Shown piece by piece: positions 17,802-27,478 of a stretch of 52,829 nt of DNA. The first letter of the stretch is position 1. Every line of letters begins with the position of its first letter. The stretch is taken from the NCBI GenBank assembly GCA_964449455.1, contig CAYUYV010000012.1, positions 1 through 52,829 on the forward strand, written 5' to 3'. The notes below the pieces were generated by a model. It made no database searches and was not told the origin of the DNA. It saw nothing but the letters and a program-made list of their open reading frames with translations. Position numbers and translations under genes: made by a program. Source of the stretch: an uncultured Alphaproteobacteria bacterium. GTDB taxonomy: Bacteria > Pseudomonadota > Alphaproteobacteria > JAJFIK01.

Positions 17802-18704
17802 TCAGATTTGTGCGCTTGTGAGCAGCGATGGATGCATAGCACCCGCCTGGGTCCGGCGCACTTCGCCCGGCGTTTGGCCCAGCAATTTTCTGAAAACGGA
17901 CGTCATATGGCTTTGGGACGAGAAGCCGGACTTAAGGGCGATCTCCGCAAGGCTGAGGCCATCTTCACTCAAGAACCGGCGCGCGGCATCGGTCCGTCTG
18001 TGCAGAATATAGGTGTGCAAAGATTCTCCAACATTCTGCTTGAAGGAGCGACTGAGATGGGGCGCTGAAATGCCAACGAGATCAGCGAGTTCTGGGACTG
18101 GCAGGGCCTGTTCCAGATTGGCGTCGATATATTTGAGCAGCATGCCAATGGTTTTCCCGTCCAAGCGCCGTTTCGCCCGTTCCTGGGGTGGCGCTGTCAC
18201 TGGGCGGAACATCTCTGCCAGAAGTGCTGTGGCGAGACTTTCGATATAGGGGCAGGCGGGTTCCGGCAGGCTGAGCTGTATGCGGATTTTCTTGGCCAGT
18301 TCCGTGGTGAAGGGCGCTGGCGTGCCCAGGATCACTTGCGGGCGTAAATCGGCCGGGTCCATGGCGTAGGCGGCCGCCAGAATGGGCCGGAACTGGTCGA
18401 AATCGATCAGGAAGGCCAGCACTTCAGGGGCTTGCGGATTTTCCCCCTGGATGGGAAAGCCCGGCGGCACGACGACGAATTCAAAGGGGCGTCGGTCATA
18501 GGGTCTCAGTCGGTCGCCGGCCAGGGAACTCGTGCCGGAAGTCGCCGAAAAATTGATGCTTGCGAAGGTTCGGTCAAGCTGGAGGTTCAGCACACGCGGG
18601 CTCTGTGGCACCAGCTCGACTGCGAAACTGTCAAAGCTCAGCCTCCGGCCCCATTCCGGGAGCCGGGGGGCCGGAGCATCGTTCATCGACATGATCTGAC
18701 TCAT
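17802..18704 (-). CDS. AraC-family transcriptional regulator
   Basis: C-terminal double HTH: LADLVGISAPHLSRSFKQNVGESLHTYILHRRTDAARRFL....LSLAEIALKSGFSSQSHMTSVFRKLLGQTPGE. The start is uncertain: the track start at 18755 is a TTG, and ATG 18704 has GGGAG upstream. Confidence 0.85.
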   Translation of the reverse strand: MSQIMSMNDAPAPRLPEWGRRLSFDSFAVELVPQSPRVLNLQLDRTFASINFSATSGTSSLAGDRLRPYDRRPFEFVVVPPGFPIQGENPQAPEVLAFLIDFDQFRPILAAAYAMDPADLRPQVILGTPAPFTTELAKKIRIQLSLPEPACPYIESLATALLAEMFRPVTAPPQERAKRRLDGKTIGMLLKYIDANLEQALPVPELADLVGISAPHLSRSFKQNVGESLHTYILHRRTDAARRFLSEDGLSLAEIALKSGFSSQSHMTSVFRKLLGQTPGEVRRTQAGAMHPSLLTSAQI

Positions 18705-18800
18705 CGAAGCGACACTCCCGCCTCTTGCTGACCTTCGAACAATCGGTCCACTCAAGCCATCCTAGCCCAAGGCGTGTCCGGCGAAAATATGACCCAGGAT

Positions 18801-19370
18801 CTAACGCGGGCTCGCTTTAAGGAGGCGGTCCGGCAGGCTTTGGACAACGCGCACAAAGGTCTCAGGGGCCCCCCTGGCCCGGGACAAGACGAGTGCGCCC
18901 TGGAGAGCCATGAGCGCCTCTTCGGCGCGCTGATCCGCGTCCGACGGTGAGGCACCCGCATCGCGGGCAACCTCGGCAAAACCCTGCTTGATGCCATCAA
19001 GAACCCGGGCCACCGCCGCGCCGAACAAGGGATAGGCCTCACCCAGCGCAAACAGTTCCACCAGGCACCAGCGGCGCCCCCCATCATAGAAGTCAAACAG
19101 TTTCTGGGCGGCCTTTTGCGCGCGCGTGCGCGGTGCCCCAGGACCGTTGAGGACGTCGATCACCTGGGTCTGCAGCCAGTCCCCGGCCGTTTGAAGCACG
19201 GCGGCGCCCATATCCATCTTTCCCTTTGGAAAGTGGTGGTAAAGGCTCGAGCGCCCGAGCCCGGTCGCTTCTGAGAGCTTTTTAAGAGTGGCGGCTTCAT
19301 AGCCGTGCTCCCGGAACACCCGGGCGAGGCGGTCCACCACTTCCTCATAGCTCAAACTGCGCGCAGGCAT
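18801..19370 (-). CDS. TetR/AcrR-family transcriptional regulator
   Basis: N-terminal HTH: YEAATLKKLSEATGLGRSSLYHHFPKGKMDM. ATG at 19370, preceded by AGGAGGTG. Confidence 0.88.
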   Translation of the reverse strand: MPARSLSYEEVVDRLARVFREHGYEAATLKKLSEATGLGRSSLYHHFPKGKMDMGAAVLQTAGDWLQTQVIDVLNGPGAPRTRAQKAAQKLFDFYDGGRRWCLVELFALGEAYPLFGAAVARVLDGIKQGFAEVARDAGASPSDADQRAEEALMALQGALVLSRARGAPETFVRVVQSLPDRLLKASPR

Positions 19371-19390
19371 GATCACCTCCTTTTTGAACC

Positions 19391-19398
19391 GAACGTTC
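19391..19398. promoter_or_regulatory. Candidate TetR operator core (palindrome GAACGTTC)
   Basis: Perfect 8-bp palindrome 21 nt upstream of the TetR start codon, flanked by partly symmetric sequence (TGAACCGAACGTTCTGTGAA). Confidence 0.3.
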
Positions 19399-19534
19399 TG
19401 TGAAATGGAGGCCTATCGGCAGCGTTCAAGGGCTTTCAGTCCCTGGCCGCTTGGACAATCGGTTCAATGGCATGGGTTGGGCCCTGGTGGCGCGCTGATC
19501 GCGGCCCCGGCCCGTCGAGACCCGTAAAGATCGA

Positions 19535-21865
19535 TCAGTGTGCGTGGCTGCCCAGACGGTGCAGGGTTTCGGCAAGGGTTCCCACATTGACCGGCTTGGT
19601 CAAAAAGGCGTCCGCGCCGGCCGTCAACATGGTCTCCTCAGTCCCCTTCATGGCATGGGCCGTGAGAGCGATGATGGGCACTTGGGCATAGGGGGCGTTG
19701 CTTGCGCGGATGCGCCGGGTGGTATCGACACCGGACAGGCACGGCATTTCCTGGTCGAGCACCACAATGTCGAAACGGCGCGCCTGAAGATGCCGGAGGG
19801 CTTCAAGGCCGTCGCCCGCAATGGTGAGCTCGTGACCAAGGCTGTGCACGATATGCTCAAAAAGGGACTGGTTCACTGCATTATCTTCTGCCAGCAGAAT
19901 ATTAAGACGACATCTCGGTCGGTCTCCCGCCAGTGGCATGGCCTGGGCCAGCGAGGCCGGGGCATGGTCTGCGATGGCATCGGTGTCGGCTTTGAGCGGC
20001 ACGTCTACCTGGAACCGGGTGCCCTCACCGAGGCGGCTTGTGACATCAATCCGGCCTCCTGCGAGGCTGACCAGCTCCTTGGTGATGGCAAGGCCGAGGC
20101 CTGATCCCCCATGGCGCCGGCCATCTTCGCCTTTGGCCTGACGAAACCGATCGAAAATGATCGTGAGCTGATCATCGGCGATGCCGGGGCCTGTGTCCTC
20201 GACTTCAAAATGCATCCAGTCCGCATCCAAGCGGCGGCAGCGCAAGGTGACCTGGCCTGATTGCGTGAATTTCACGGCATTGCCGGCAAGATTGGTCAGC
20301 ACCTGGCGCAGGCGCCTCGCATCCCCCCGCACCACACCGAGTTCGGGTGCGTCCGTCACGATCGTGAGGCCCTTTTGCAGGGCCGGGCCCTCCACGGTTC
20401 CGACCACCTGGTCGAGGATGTCGTTGAGCCGGAATGGCGCACAGGCCAGCTCAAGCAATCCGGCCTCGATGCGAGACAGGTCCAGAATGTCATTGATCAA
20501 GGAGAGGAGCGCTTCGCCCGATGTCAGGATCGTGTCCACATAGTGAGCCTCGCGTTCGGGCAGATTGGTCATTTTGAGAAGCTGGGCCATACCCATCACC
20601 CCATTCAGGGGTGTGCGGATTTCATGGCTCATATTGGCGACGAATTCGGACTTGAGGCGGTTTGCCTGTTCCGCCCGACGCAAGGCTTCATCCGTACGCG
20701 CCAGACTTTCGGCAAGGCGCAGCTCGGCCTGTTTGCGGTCCGTCACATCGACCACGGCCCCATGGACTCGGGTGGCCTTGCCCTCCGCCGTGCGCTCGAA
20801 CACGCGGCCAATGCTTTGGACCCACCGCCAGCTGCCGTCCGCTGCGCGCACGCGGTATTCCATCTTGAAGCTGTCATGCCCGAATTTCAGCTGGTCCTCG
20901 ACAATCGTGCTCACCTGGCCGACATCGTCCGGGTGCACGATTGACAGCCATTTTTGCCATTGCGCCTGTTCCCGTTTCGCGTCTTCAGGATAGCCAAGAG
21001 CTTTCACATAATAGGCTCTCGTCAGGCTCTCGCCGGTCTGGGCGTCGAAATCCCAGATATAGATGTCTGCGGCTTCGACGCAGGCACTGAGCTGTTCCCG
21101 CTCTTCCCTTACGGATTTCTCCGCTTGGGTCTCGTCGGAGATATCCGTAAGACTCCCGACAATCCGTGTCACCACATGAGATGCTGGATCCCGCAAGGCT
21201 TGGCCCGACATCTGGATCCGCCGCACCGCGCCATCTCTGTGGCGCATCCGCAAGGTGACGCTGATCCTCTCCGTTTCACCGCGCAGGCAAGCCGTGATCG
21301 CGCCCTCTGCGATGCCGGCATCGTCCCCATGGATCCAGCGGGACACCGTGCTTTGCCAGTCAACGCATTCCAATGTGGTCCAACCCAAAACCGTCGGGTT
21401 CAAAGGAAGGAGTGTCCATTGGTCGTCCTGACGGTTCCACTGCCACACGGCAATTGGCACCGCGCCGGGGTGATCGGACTTCACAGGCTCCCTATGCGAC
21501 AGTTCAGCGGCGATACGGGGGCCGAGAGTTTTGGCGACATCTCTCAGCGCGCCCTGCATTTCAGGGGGTGTGGTGTGTGCTGATGGTGCTTGCACAGACA
21601 GTAGGCCGGCCTCGTGCCCGTCCCCGCCACGCAATGGCAGGTCCAGGCGCCAGGGCTTAATACTTTCGTCTTCTCTATGGTGATGCCCTGCGGCGCTGAC
21701 GATGTCCTTACCGTGGCGCGTGATGCAGACATGCCCGCCATTCAACGCGTCAGACAGGCGTGATGTGACATGATCGAGGAAGCTCTGGCCCCAAAGGGGT
21801 CCTGTTTCCTCATAGAGGCGTGACACTGAAAAGCCCATGATCTCAAAGCTCCGTTCAGATGTCAT
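19535..21865 (-). CDS. Cytoplasmic hybrid sensor histidine kinase/response regulator (PAS-PAS-HisKA-HATPase-REC)
   Basis: H-box SHEIRTPLNGVMGMAQLL; ATPase boxes (LTNLAGNAVKFT, DTGPGI, GGSGLGLAI); receiver ILLAEDNAVNQ...DIVVLDQEMPCLSG...ALTAHAM. No TM segments. Confidence 0.92.
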   Translation of the reverse strand: MTSERSFEIMGFSVSRLYEETGPLWGQSFLDHVTSRLSDALNGGHVCITRHGKDIVSAAGHHHREDESIKPWRLDLPLRGGDGHEAGLLSVQAPSAHTTPPEMQGALRDVAKTLGPRIAAELSHREPVKSDHPGAVPIAVWQWNRQDDQWTLLPLNPTVLGWTTLECVDWQSTVSRWIHGDDAGIAEGAITACLRGETERISVTLRMRHRDGAVRRIQMSGQALRDPASHVVTRIVGSLTDISDETQAEKSVREEREQLSACVEAADIYIWDFDAQTGESLTRAYYVKALGYPEDAKREQAQWQKWLSIVHPDDVGQVSTIVEDQLKFGHDSFKMEYRVRAADGSWRWVQSIGRVFERTAEGKATRVHGAVVDVTDRKQAELRLAESLARTDEALRRAEQANRLKSEFVANMSHEIRTPLNGVMGMAQLLKMTNLPEREAHYVDTILTSGEALLSLINDILDLSRIEAGLLELACAPFRLNDILDQVVGTVEGPALQKGLTIVTDAPELGVVRGDARRLRQVLTNLAGNAVKFTQSGQVTLRCRRLDADWMHFEVEDTGPGIADDQLTIIFDRFRQAKGEDGRRHGGSGLGLAITKELVSLAGGRIDVTSRLGEGTRFQVDVPLKADTDAIADHAPASLAQAMPLAGDRPRCRLNILLAEDNAVNQSLFEHIVHSLGHELTIAGDGLEALRHLQARRFDIVVLDQEMPCLSGVDTTRRIRASNAPYAQVPIIALTAHAMKGTEETMLTAGADAFLTKPVNVGTLAETLHRLGSHAH

Positions 21866-22121
21866 CCCGCAAGCGGCAAGGAGAAATTCGTGTCCTGATG
21901 ACCACCAGGTAAGGGCGCTGCCCTGTCGCCCGGCCGCCGATCATACAACTTTAAGGGCGATCGACAATCGTTCTTTCTCGCAAATTTTCAGGCTATCAGT
22001 GAAACTCTGCGTTGAAGCGGGGCTGTCAAGCATCTTCGCGCTCGCGGATATGCAGTCTGCCTTTCCGCGGCTTGCGTATCTTTCGTCTCCAGCATGACAA
22101 AATTTCAAGAACAGGGGCCAG

Positions 22122-23516
22122 ATGAGCGCCATGGAAACCGCATCCTCTCCCTGGCGTCATGAACTGGGCGCATTGCTTCGGCTGGGCATCCCCATGGGGC
22201 TGACGCAGCTTGTCCAATTCTCCATCAACACGGTGGACGTCATGATGATTGGCCGGCTGGGGGCAGAGCCCCTCGCGGCCGCATCGATCAGCATGGTCTT
22301 GTTTTACACCATGTGGCTTGTAGGCTTTGGGCCCGTGATGGCGGTGACGCCCCTGGTGTCCCAAAGTCTGGGGGCGGATCCTGACAATTGCGATGATGTG
22401 CGCCGTTCTGTGCGCATGGGCTTGTGGAGCATCGCGCTCCTCTTTCCTGTCGCGCTGGTGTTTTTTTTCAATGCTGGTCCAATCATCCGGGCCCTCGGTC
22501 AGCCGGAAATCATTGCCAAGCTCTCAGGGCCTTATGTTCTGGCTTTGGCGCCCGGGCTGCCCTTCGCCCTTGCGGTCAGTGTCCTGCGTCAGTTTCTGGC
22601 TTCGATCGATCGGACGCGGGTGCCGCTGCTCGTCATTGTGCTGACGACGGTTCTGAACGCCGGCCTGAACTATCTTCTGATTTATGGCACATTCGGCTTT
22701 CCTCAGCTTGGACTTATGGGGGCAGGCATCGCCTCCTCCATTTCCCATGCGGCCGGCCTCTTTGCCCTCGTCATCTATATCGGCTGGGACCGGGAGGCGC
22801 GCCGGTTTGATCTGTTCAAGGATCTCTTGCGCTATGACGGACCGCGCCTTGGCGAGGTTTTCCGCCTCGGCTGGCCGATCGGGGTTACGACGGCCTTTGA
22901 GATGCTGCTCTTCAACAGTGCGGCATTTCTCATGGGCCGGATCGGCGTCAATGAAGTGGCCGCTTATCAGGTCGGGCTCAATGTGGCGGCCCTCGCTTTC
23001 ATGATGCCCCTCGGCATATCCCTTGCGGGCTGTGTGCGAGTGGCCCTTGCCGAGGGTGCCGGCGATAAGGCGCGGGTGCGTCGCGCGGCCCTTTTGACGA
23101 TCCTAATTTCAGCGGCCGCGATCCTCATTGTCGCACTGCCGGCGGGGCTCTTCCCCCATATGGTGGCAGGTCTTTATCTCGACACTGCAAACCCGAACAA
23201 TGCTGCGGTGGTCGAGCTTGTGGCCCTGTTTCTGCCCATCGCCGGCGCCTTCGCACTGTTCGATGGCACCCAGGTCGCTGCCAATCAATGTTTAAGGGGG
23301 CTCAAGGACGTCCGGGTGCCCATGGTGATGGCTGCCATTAGCTATTGGGTCGTCGGTTTTCCGGTGGCTGCGGTCCTTGGCCTTGCCACTCCCGTCGGTG
23401 CCGTAGGCGTGTGGTGGGGGCTCCTCGCCGCCCTCGCGATCGCAGCGGTCCTGCTGAGTGCCCGTTTGTGGCGACTGACACGCGTCGAACGATCGGCTAC
23501 CGTGATTGCACATTAA
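22122..23516 (+). CDS. MATE-family efflux transporter
   Basis: 464 aa and about 12 TM segments. N-terminal ...ELGALLRLGIPMGLTQLVQFSINTVDVMMIGRLGAEPLAAASI... is typical of NorM/DinF-type MATE proteins. Confidence 0.9.
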   Translation: MSAMETASSPWRHELGALLRLGIPMGLTQLVQFSINTVDVMMIGRLGAEPLAAASISMVLFYTMWLVGFGPVMAVTPLVSQSLGADPDNCDDVRRSVRMGLWSIALLFPVALVFFFNAGPIIRALGQPEIIAKLSGPYVLALAPGLPFALAVSVLRQFLASIDRTRVPLLVIVLTTVLNAGLNYLLIYGTFGFPQLGLMGAGIASSISHAAGLFALVIYIGWDREARRFDLFKDLLRYDGPRLGEVFRLGWPIGVTTAFEMLLFNSAAFLMGRIGVNEVAAYQVGLNVAALAFMMPLGISLAGCVRVALAEGAGDKARVRRAALLTILISAAAILIVALPAGLFPHMVAGLYLDTANPNNAAVVELVALFLPIAGAFALFDGTQVAANQCLRGLKDVRVPMVMAAISYWVVGFPVAAVLGLATPVGAVGVWWGLLAALAIAAVLLSARLWRLTRVERSATVIAH

Positions 23517-23541
23517 GTTTTAGGGAAGGCTTACGGTCGGC

Positions 23542-25830
23542 ATGCCATGGGGCTCTGACCGGTTTTCGGCGCAAGCCCTGGGGCGGGGTATGGAACAGGC
23601 ATCGGTGGACGCGAAGGATATGGGATCTGGGGCAGGGGCGGACAACAGGTTCCCTGCCGACGGGCACATACCCGAAAACGATCTCCTCGATCAGGCTCTG
23701 ATTCAGACGGCGGACCGCAAGGAAGCCAATGGCGGTCATATGCTCATCGGCCTCGTCTTGACCACGGGTCTGATGGCCGCCCTCATCTCCGTGCCCCTGG
23801 CTCTTGCCTGGCTTGTCCTCAATTTGGTGGTTGGTGTGGTGCTTATCCGCACCGCACGCTGGGTTAGTCGCCAGGCCCCGCCGACGTCCCGACACAAGAC
23901 CCTGCTCGACGGGTTGCTGCTGATCTCGGCCATGTCGAGTTGCTCGGCTGCTTATATCTTTTATTTCCTGGTCGAAGATCACGGCGCGTTGGCAGCCATT
24001 GGCTATCTTTATGGCGTGCTGATGTATATCCTTGTCAATTATTCCGCATCCGAACGGTTTCTGAAGCTTGTCTCGGCCCCTTTCTTTATAACACTGCTGT
24101 TGCTCCCCCTGATCTCGGCTGCGTCGCCGCCATTTATGGATGCGTTCGATCTTGTCTTCGCTGTTTGCGGGATCGGTTCTGCCCTTGGGTTCATTGTGGC
24201 CTCCAAGATCACCTTGCAGTTCAACAGAGTGCTTAACGAGGCGTTGCAGGACTCCGAAGCCAACCGCCGCGCCGCCGACGAAGCCAACACGCGGCTGACC
24301 GAGGCGCTGGGCCAGACAGGCATGGGTCTTTACGACTATGACGTCCGTGCGGGGACCGTTCATTTGTCTGACTTCGCGCGCACCCTGCTCGGTGACGATG
24401 ATCAGGCTGCCATCGCGACCCTGCGGGATCCGTCAAACGGTCACGTCCATCATGAGGATGCGGAGCAGGTTCTCAACGACATCAATGAAGTCCTGACTGG
24501 CAGAAAGCCGATCCTCGATACGATCTATCGGCTGCAGGGGCCCCATGAAGAGGGGCTGGTCCGCTGGATTCGCTCCCGGGGCGTCGCCCATTTCGATGCC
24601 GACGGGACCATGAGTCGGTTCATCGGTAGTCTGAGTGACATCACTGACGAAATGTGGATGCAATTCGACCTGGAGCAGGCCCGAAAGGCCGCCGAGAGCG
24701 CCAGCGCCGGCAAATCCGCATTCCTGGCGACCATGAGTCATGAAATCCGTACACCCATGAACGGTGTCCTGGGTATGGCCCAGGCTTTATCAGACAGCAA
24801 CCTCAATCCGGACCAGCGCGGCATGGTGGATGTCATTCGTGAATGCGGCGCTTCTTTGCTCAGTATTTTGAATGACGTCCTAGATATCTCGAAGATCGAG
24901 TCCGGGCGCATGACCATCACCCCGGTGGATGGCGACCTCAAGGATCTCGTGACCGGCGTCATCCAGTTGTGGGCGCCGACAGCCCAGGAAAAGGGGCTCA
25001 GCCTTGATGTGACGATCTCCGACACGGTGCCCCGGATGCTAAGCTTTGATCCGGTGCGCGTGCGCCAGTGCCTGTCGAACCTTGTGTCCAATGCGGTCAA
25101 ATTCACCAAAACGGGCGGTGTCACGGTGGATGTGGGCTGCACCATCGGGCCAGATGGCAAGGGTATGGTTGGGATCACCGTCACCGACACCGGCTTGGGC
25201 ATTCCTGAAGATGTTCAAGAGCGGCTCTTTGCGCCCTTTACCCAAGCCGACGGCTCGACAGCACGCCACCACGGGGGCACGGGTCTCGGCCTCTCCATCA
25301 GCCGCAGCCTGGCCCGGCTGATGGGTGGTGACCTGACTGTTGCCAGCACGATGGGGCGTGGATCCGCCTTTACGCTGCACTTTGAGGCGCTTGATGTGTC
25401 CCCATCCGACGGGCAAGTCAAAGCGGAAGATGCGGCGGACGCGGATGATGCCGCATCCCTTCGGGACATCAAGGTGCTCGTCGTCGACGACAATGCGGTC
25501 AATCGGCAAGTGGCGCGTCTGTTCCTTGACTATCTCGGCGCCCACATCACCGATGCGGCCAACGGCCAGGAGGCCCTTGATGCCATGGAGGGGCAAGCCT
25601 TCGATCTCGTCCTGCTCGATATGCATATGCCGGTCATGGATGGGGCGGAAGCCTTGAGCCGTCTGCGTAAAGCGGATGCGCCCTGGTCGGCGGTGCCCGT
25701 CATCGCCCTAACCGCGGACGCCATGGTGGGTGATCGGGAGCGCTGTCTCAGTCTCGGCGCTGATGGTTATGTGCCAAAGCCCATCGATCTTGCAGAGTTG
25801 CGGAGTGAAATTACCCGCGTCACGGCGTGA
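23542..25830 (+). CDS. Membrane-bound hybrid sensor histidine kinase/response regulator (multi-TM, PAS, HisKA, HATPase, REC)
   Basis: About 6 predicted TM helices (aa ~70-230); H-box [18 protein letters not shown]; GGTGLGLSI; receiver [12 protein letters not shown]...[14 protein letters not shown]...ALTADAM. It starts 25 nt after the MATE stop. The exact start is uncertain. Confidence 0.9.
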   Translation: MPWGSDRFSAQALGRGMEQASVDAKDMGSGAGADNRFPADGHIPENDLLDQALIQTADRKEANGGHMLIGLVLTTGLMAALISVPLALAWLVLNLVVGVVLIRTARWVSRQAPPTSRHKTLLDGLLLISAMSSCSAAYIFYFLVEDHGALAAIGYLYGVLMYILVNYSASERFLKLVSAPFFITLLLLPLISAASPPFMDAFDLVFAVCGIGSALGFIVASKITLQFNRVLNEALQDSEANRRAADEANTRLTEALGQTGMGLYDYDVRAGTVHLSDFARTLLGDDDQAAIATLRDPSNGHVHHEDAEQVLNDINEVLTGRKPILDTIYRLQGPHEEGLVRWIRSRGVAHFDADGTMSRFIGSLSDITDEMWMQFDLEQARKAAESASAGKSAFLATMSHEIRTPMNGVLGMAQALSDSNLNPDQRGMVDVIRECGASLLSILNDVLDISKIESGRMTITPVDGDLKDLVTGVIQLWAPTAQEKGLSLDVTISDTVPRMLSFDPVRVRQCLSNLVSNAVKFTKTGGVTVDVGCTIGPDGKGMVGITVTDTGLGIPEDVQERLFAPFTQADGSTARHHGGTGLGLSISRSLARLMGGDLTVASTMGRGSAFTLHFEALDVSPSDGQVKAEDAADADDAASLRDIKVLVVDDNAVNRQVARLFLDYLGAHITDAANGQEALDAMEGQAFDLVLLDMHMPVMDGAEALSRLRKADAPWSAVPVIALTADAMVGDRERCLSLGADGYVPKPIDLAELRSEITRVTA

Positions 25831-25877
25831 GCGTTCTAACGCACAAGGACCATAGGCTTGGACGGACCACAGGCCCC

Positions 25878-25907
25878 GACCGATTACGGGCTGGACCGAT
25901 TACGGGC
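25878..25907. repeat. 14-mer direct repeat (period 16) spanning the stop codon of the monooxygenase gene
   Basis: GACCGATTACGGGC at 25878-25891 and again at 25894-25907. The TAA stop (complement of 25900-25902) lies inside the second copy. Confidence 0.9.
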
Positions 25908-27381
25908 GCGGCTGGCTGCGCCGGGTCACCTCGAATTCCTCAAGACGCACCCGGGCCTGTTCACGGATGAAGCGCCAGGCGGAATAAGGCCAAAGCGTGA
26001 AGTTGAAATCATTCTCATCCGTGTACCAAGCATTGCATCCATGGGAGAACACCATGTCCTTCAGGTCTTTCTGAAGGCGCCGGTTGTAGTCCGCCGTGAC
26101 CTCGGCCTTGGGGTCCAGATGCTCGATATTGCGCCGGTTCATCAGCTTGATGCAGGACAGCACATAGTCGGCCTGGCTTTCGATCATGATGAGAGCGGAT
26201 GTATGCCCCGTGGCGCTGTTGGGGCCAAGCAGCATGAAGAAGTTCGGGAATCCCGGCACCATCATGGTGCGGAAACTCTCCACCCGCTCCTTCCAGACAT
26301 CCTGGAGGCGGTTGCCCTCCCGCCCGGCGATCGTCACATAGTCTGAGATGTCGAAAGGGCGGAAACCCGTTGCCTCAATGATCGTATCCACCGGGTGCAG
26401 GGCGCCGGTCCGGTCGCGCACACCATCGGCCTCAATGGCCTCGATGGGATCGGTGACGAGATGCACATTGGCCCGGTTGAAGGCCTTGAGATAGTCGTCG
26501 GAAATGCAGCGGCGCTTGCAGCCCGCCTCGTAATCCGGGGTCAGTTTCGCGCGCAGATCCGGATCTTCGACCTGTTCTTCCAGGAAGTCGAGGGCCACAC
26601 GCTTCAGGCGGTCTTTGAGGAGACCGTCCCGGCGCAAAGCCTGGACGCCCATCACATCCAGCATCACCCACAAATAGCGCCGATAAAGACGCATCAGGCC
26701 CGGCATCCGGCGGAACATTGCACGGCGGCTGTCTGAAATCTCCCGGGTCAGGCGCGGGAACACCCAGGCCGCCGAGCGCTGGAACACCGTGACGTCTTTG
26801 ACCATGGGCGCAATGCTGGGCAGCACCTGTACGGCGCTGGCACCGGTACCGATTATGGCAACGCGCCGGCCCGCAAGGTCATGCTCATGGTCCCACTCGG
26901 CCGTGTGGAACACGGTACCGGCAAATGTGTCGCGACCCGGAATATCCGCATGCTTTGGCAGGTGCAGGCCTCCGAGCCCGCTGACCACGATATCGGCCGT
27001 GACGTGATCGCCATTCTTCGTGGTGATGATCCAACGCTTGCCATCGAAGCGCACATCCTCAACCGTCGAGCGGAACCGAATATGGCGGGTGAGGTCGTGC
27101 CGCTCGGCGACTGCTTCGCAATAGTGCCAGATCTCCGACCCCTCGCCATAGGATTGGGACCAGTCCGGATTGAGATCAAAGGAGAAGGAATAAAGGTGAG
27201 AAGGAACGTCGCAGGCGACGCCTGGATAGGTGTTCTCCCGCCAGGTGCCACCGACACTGTCGGCCTTTTCCAGGATGATGAAATTGTCAAAGCCCGCGCG
27301 GCGCAGCTTGGCGCCCATGCACAGGCCGGACATCCCGGCGCCCAGAATGGCGACTCGGACGGATGTGGATTGGCCGGACAT
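25900..27381 (-). CDS. Type I Baeyer-Villiger (flavin-containing) monooxygenase, EthA-like
   Basis: ATG at 27381. It has GAGMSG (FAD Rossmann motif), GGTWRENTYPGVACDVPSHLYSFSF, the BVMO fingerprint FAGTVFHTAEWD (FxGxxxHxxxWD), and GTGASA (NADP Rossmann motif). Confidence 0.9.
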   Translation of the reverse strand: MSGQSTSVRVAILGAGMSGLCMGAKLRRAGFDNFIILEKADSVGGTWRENTYPGVACDVPSHLYSFSFDLNPDWSQSYGEGSEIWHYCEAVAERHDLTRHIRFRSTVEDVRFDGKRWIITTKNGDHVTADIVVSGLGGLHLPKHADIPGRDTFAGTVFHTAEWDHEHDLAGRRVAIIGTGASAVQVLPSIAPMVKDVTVFQRSAAWVFPRLTREISDSRRAMFRRMPGLMRLYRRYLWVMLDVMGVQALRRDGLLKDRLKRVALDFLEEQVEDPDLRAKLTPDYEAGCKRRCISDDYLKAFNRANVHLVTDPIEAIEADGVRDRTGALHPVDTIIEATGFRPFDISDYVTIAGREGNRLQDVWKERVESFRTMMVPGFPNFFMLLGPNSATGHTSALIMIESQADYVLSCIKLMNRRNIEHLDPKAEVTADYNRRLQKDLKDMVFSHGCNAWYTDENDFNFTLWPYSAWRFIREQARVRLEEFEVTRRSQPRP

Positions 27382-27478
27382 CAGGGTCTTCCCCGCATAA
27401 TCGTTGCTCTCTCTCACTCCAAAATGACACAAGGCTCCAAGCCGCTCCAGTGCCATTGCACCCATGCGGTAAAGGGGG

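Noticed and set aside
21866-22121. Possible guanidine (ykkC) or other efflux-associated riboswitch upstream of the first MATE gene.
   Set aside because: No match to the conserved ykkC cores as I remember them. The region looks like an ordinary divergent promoter region.
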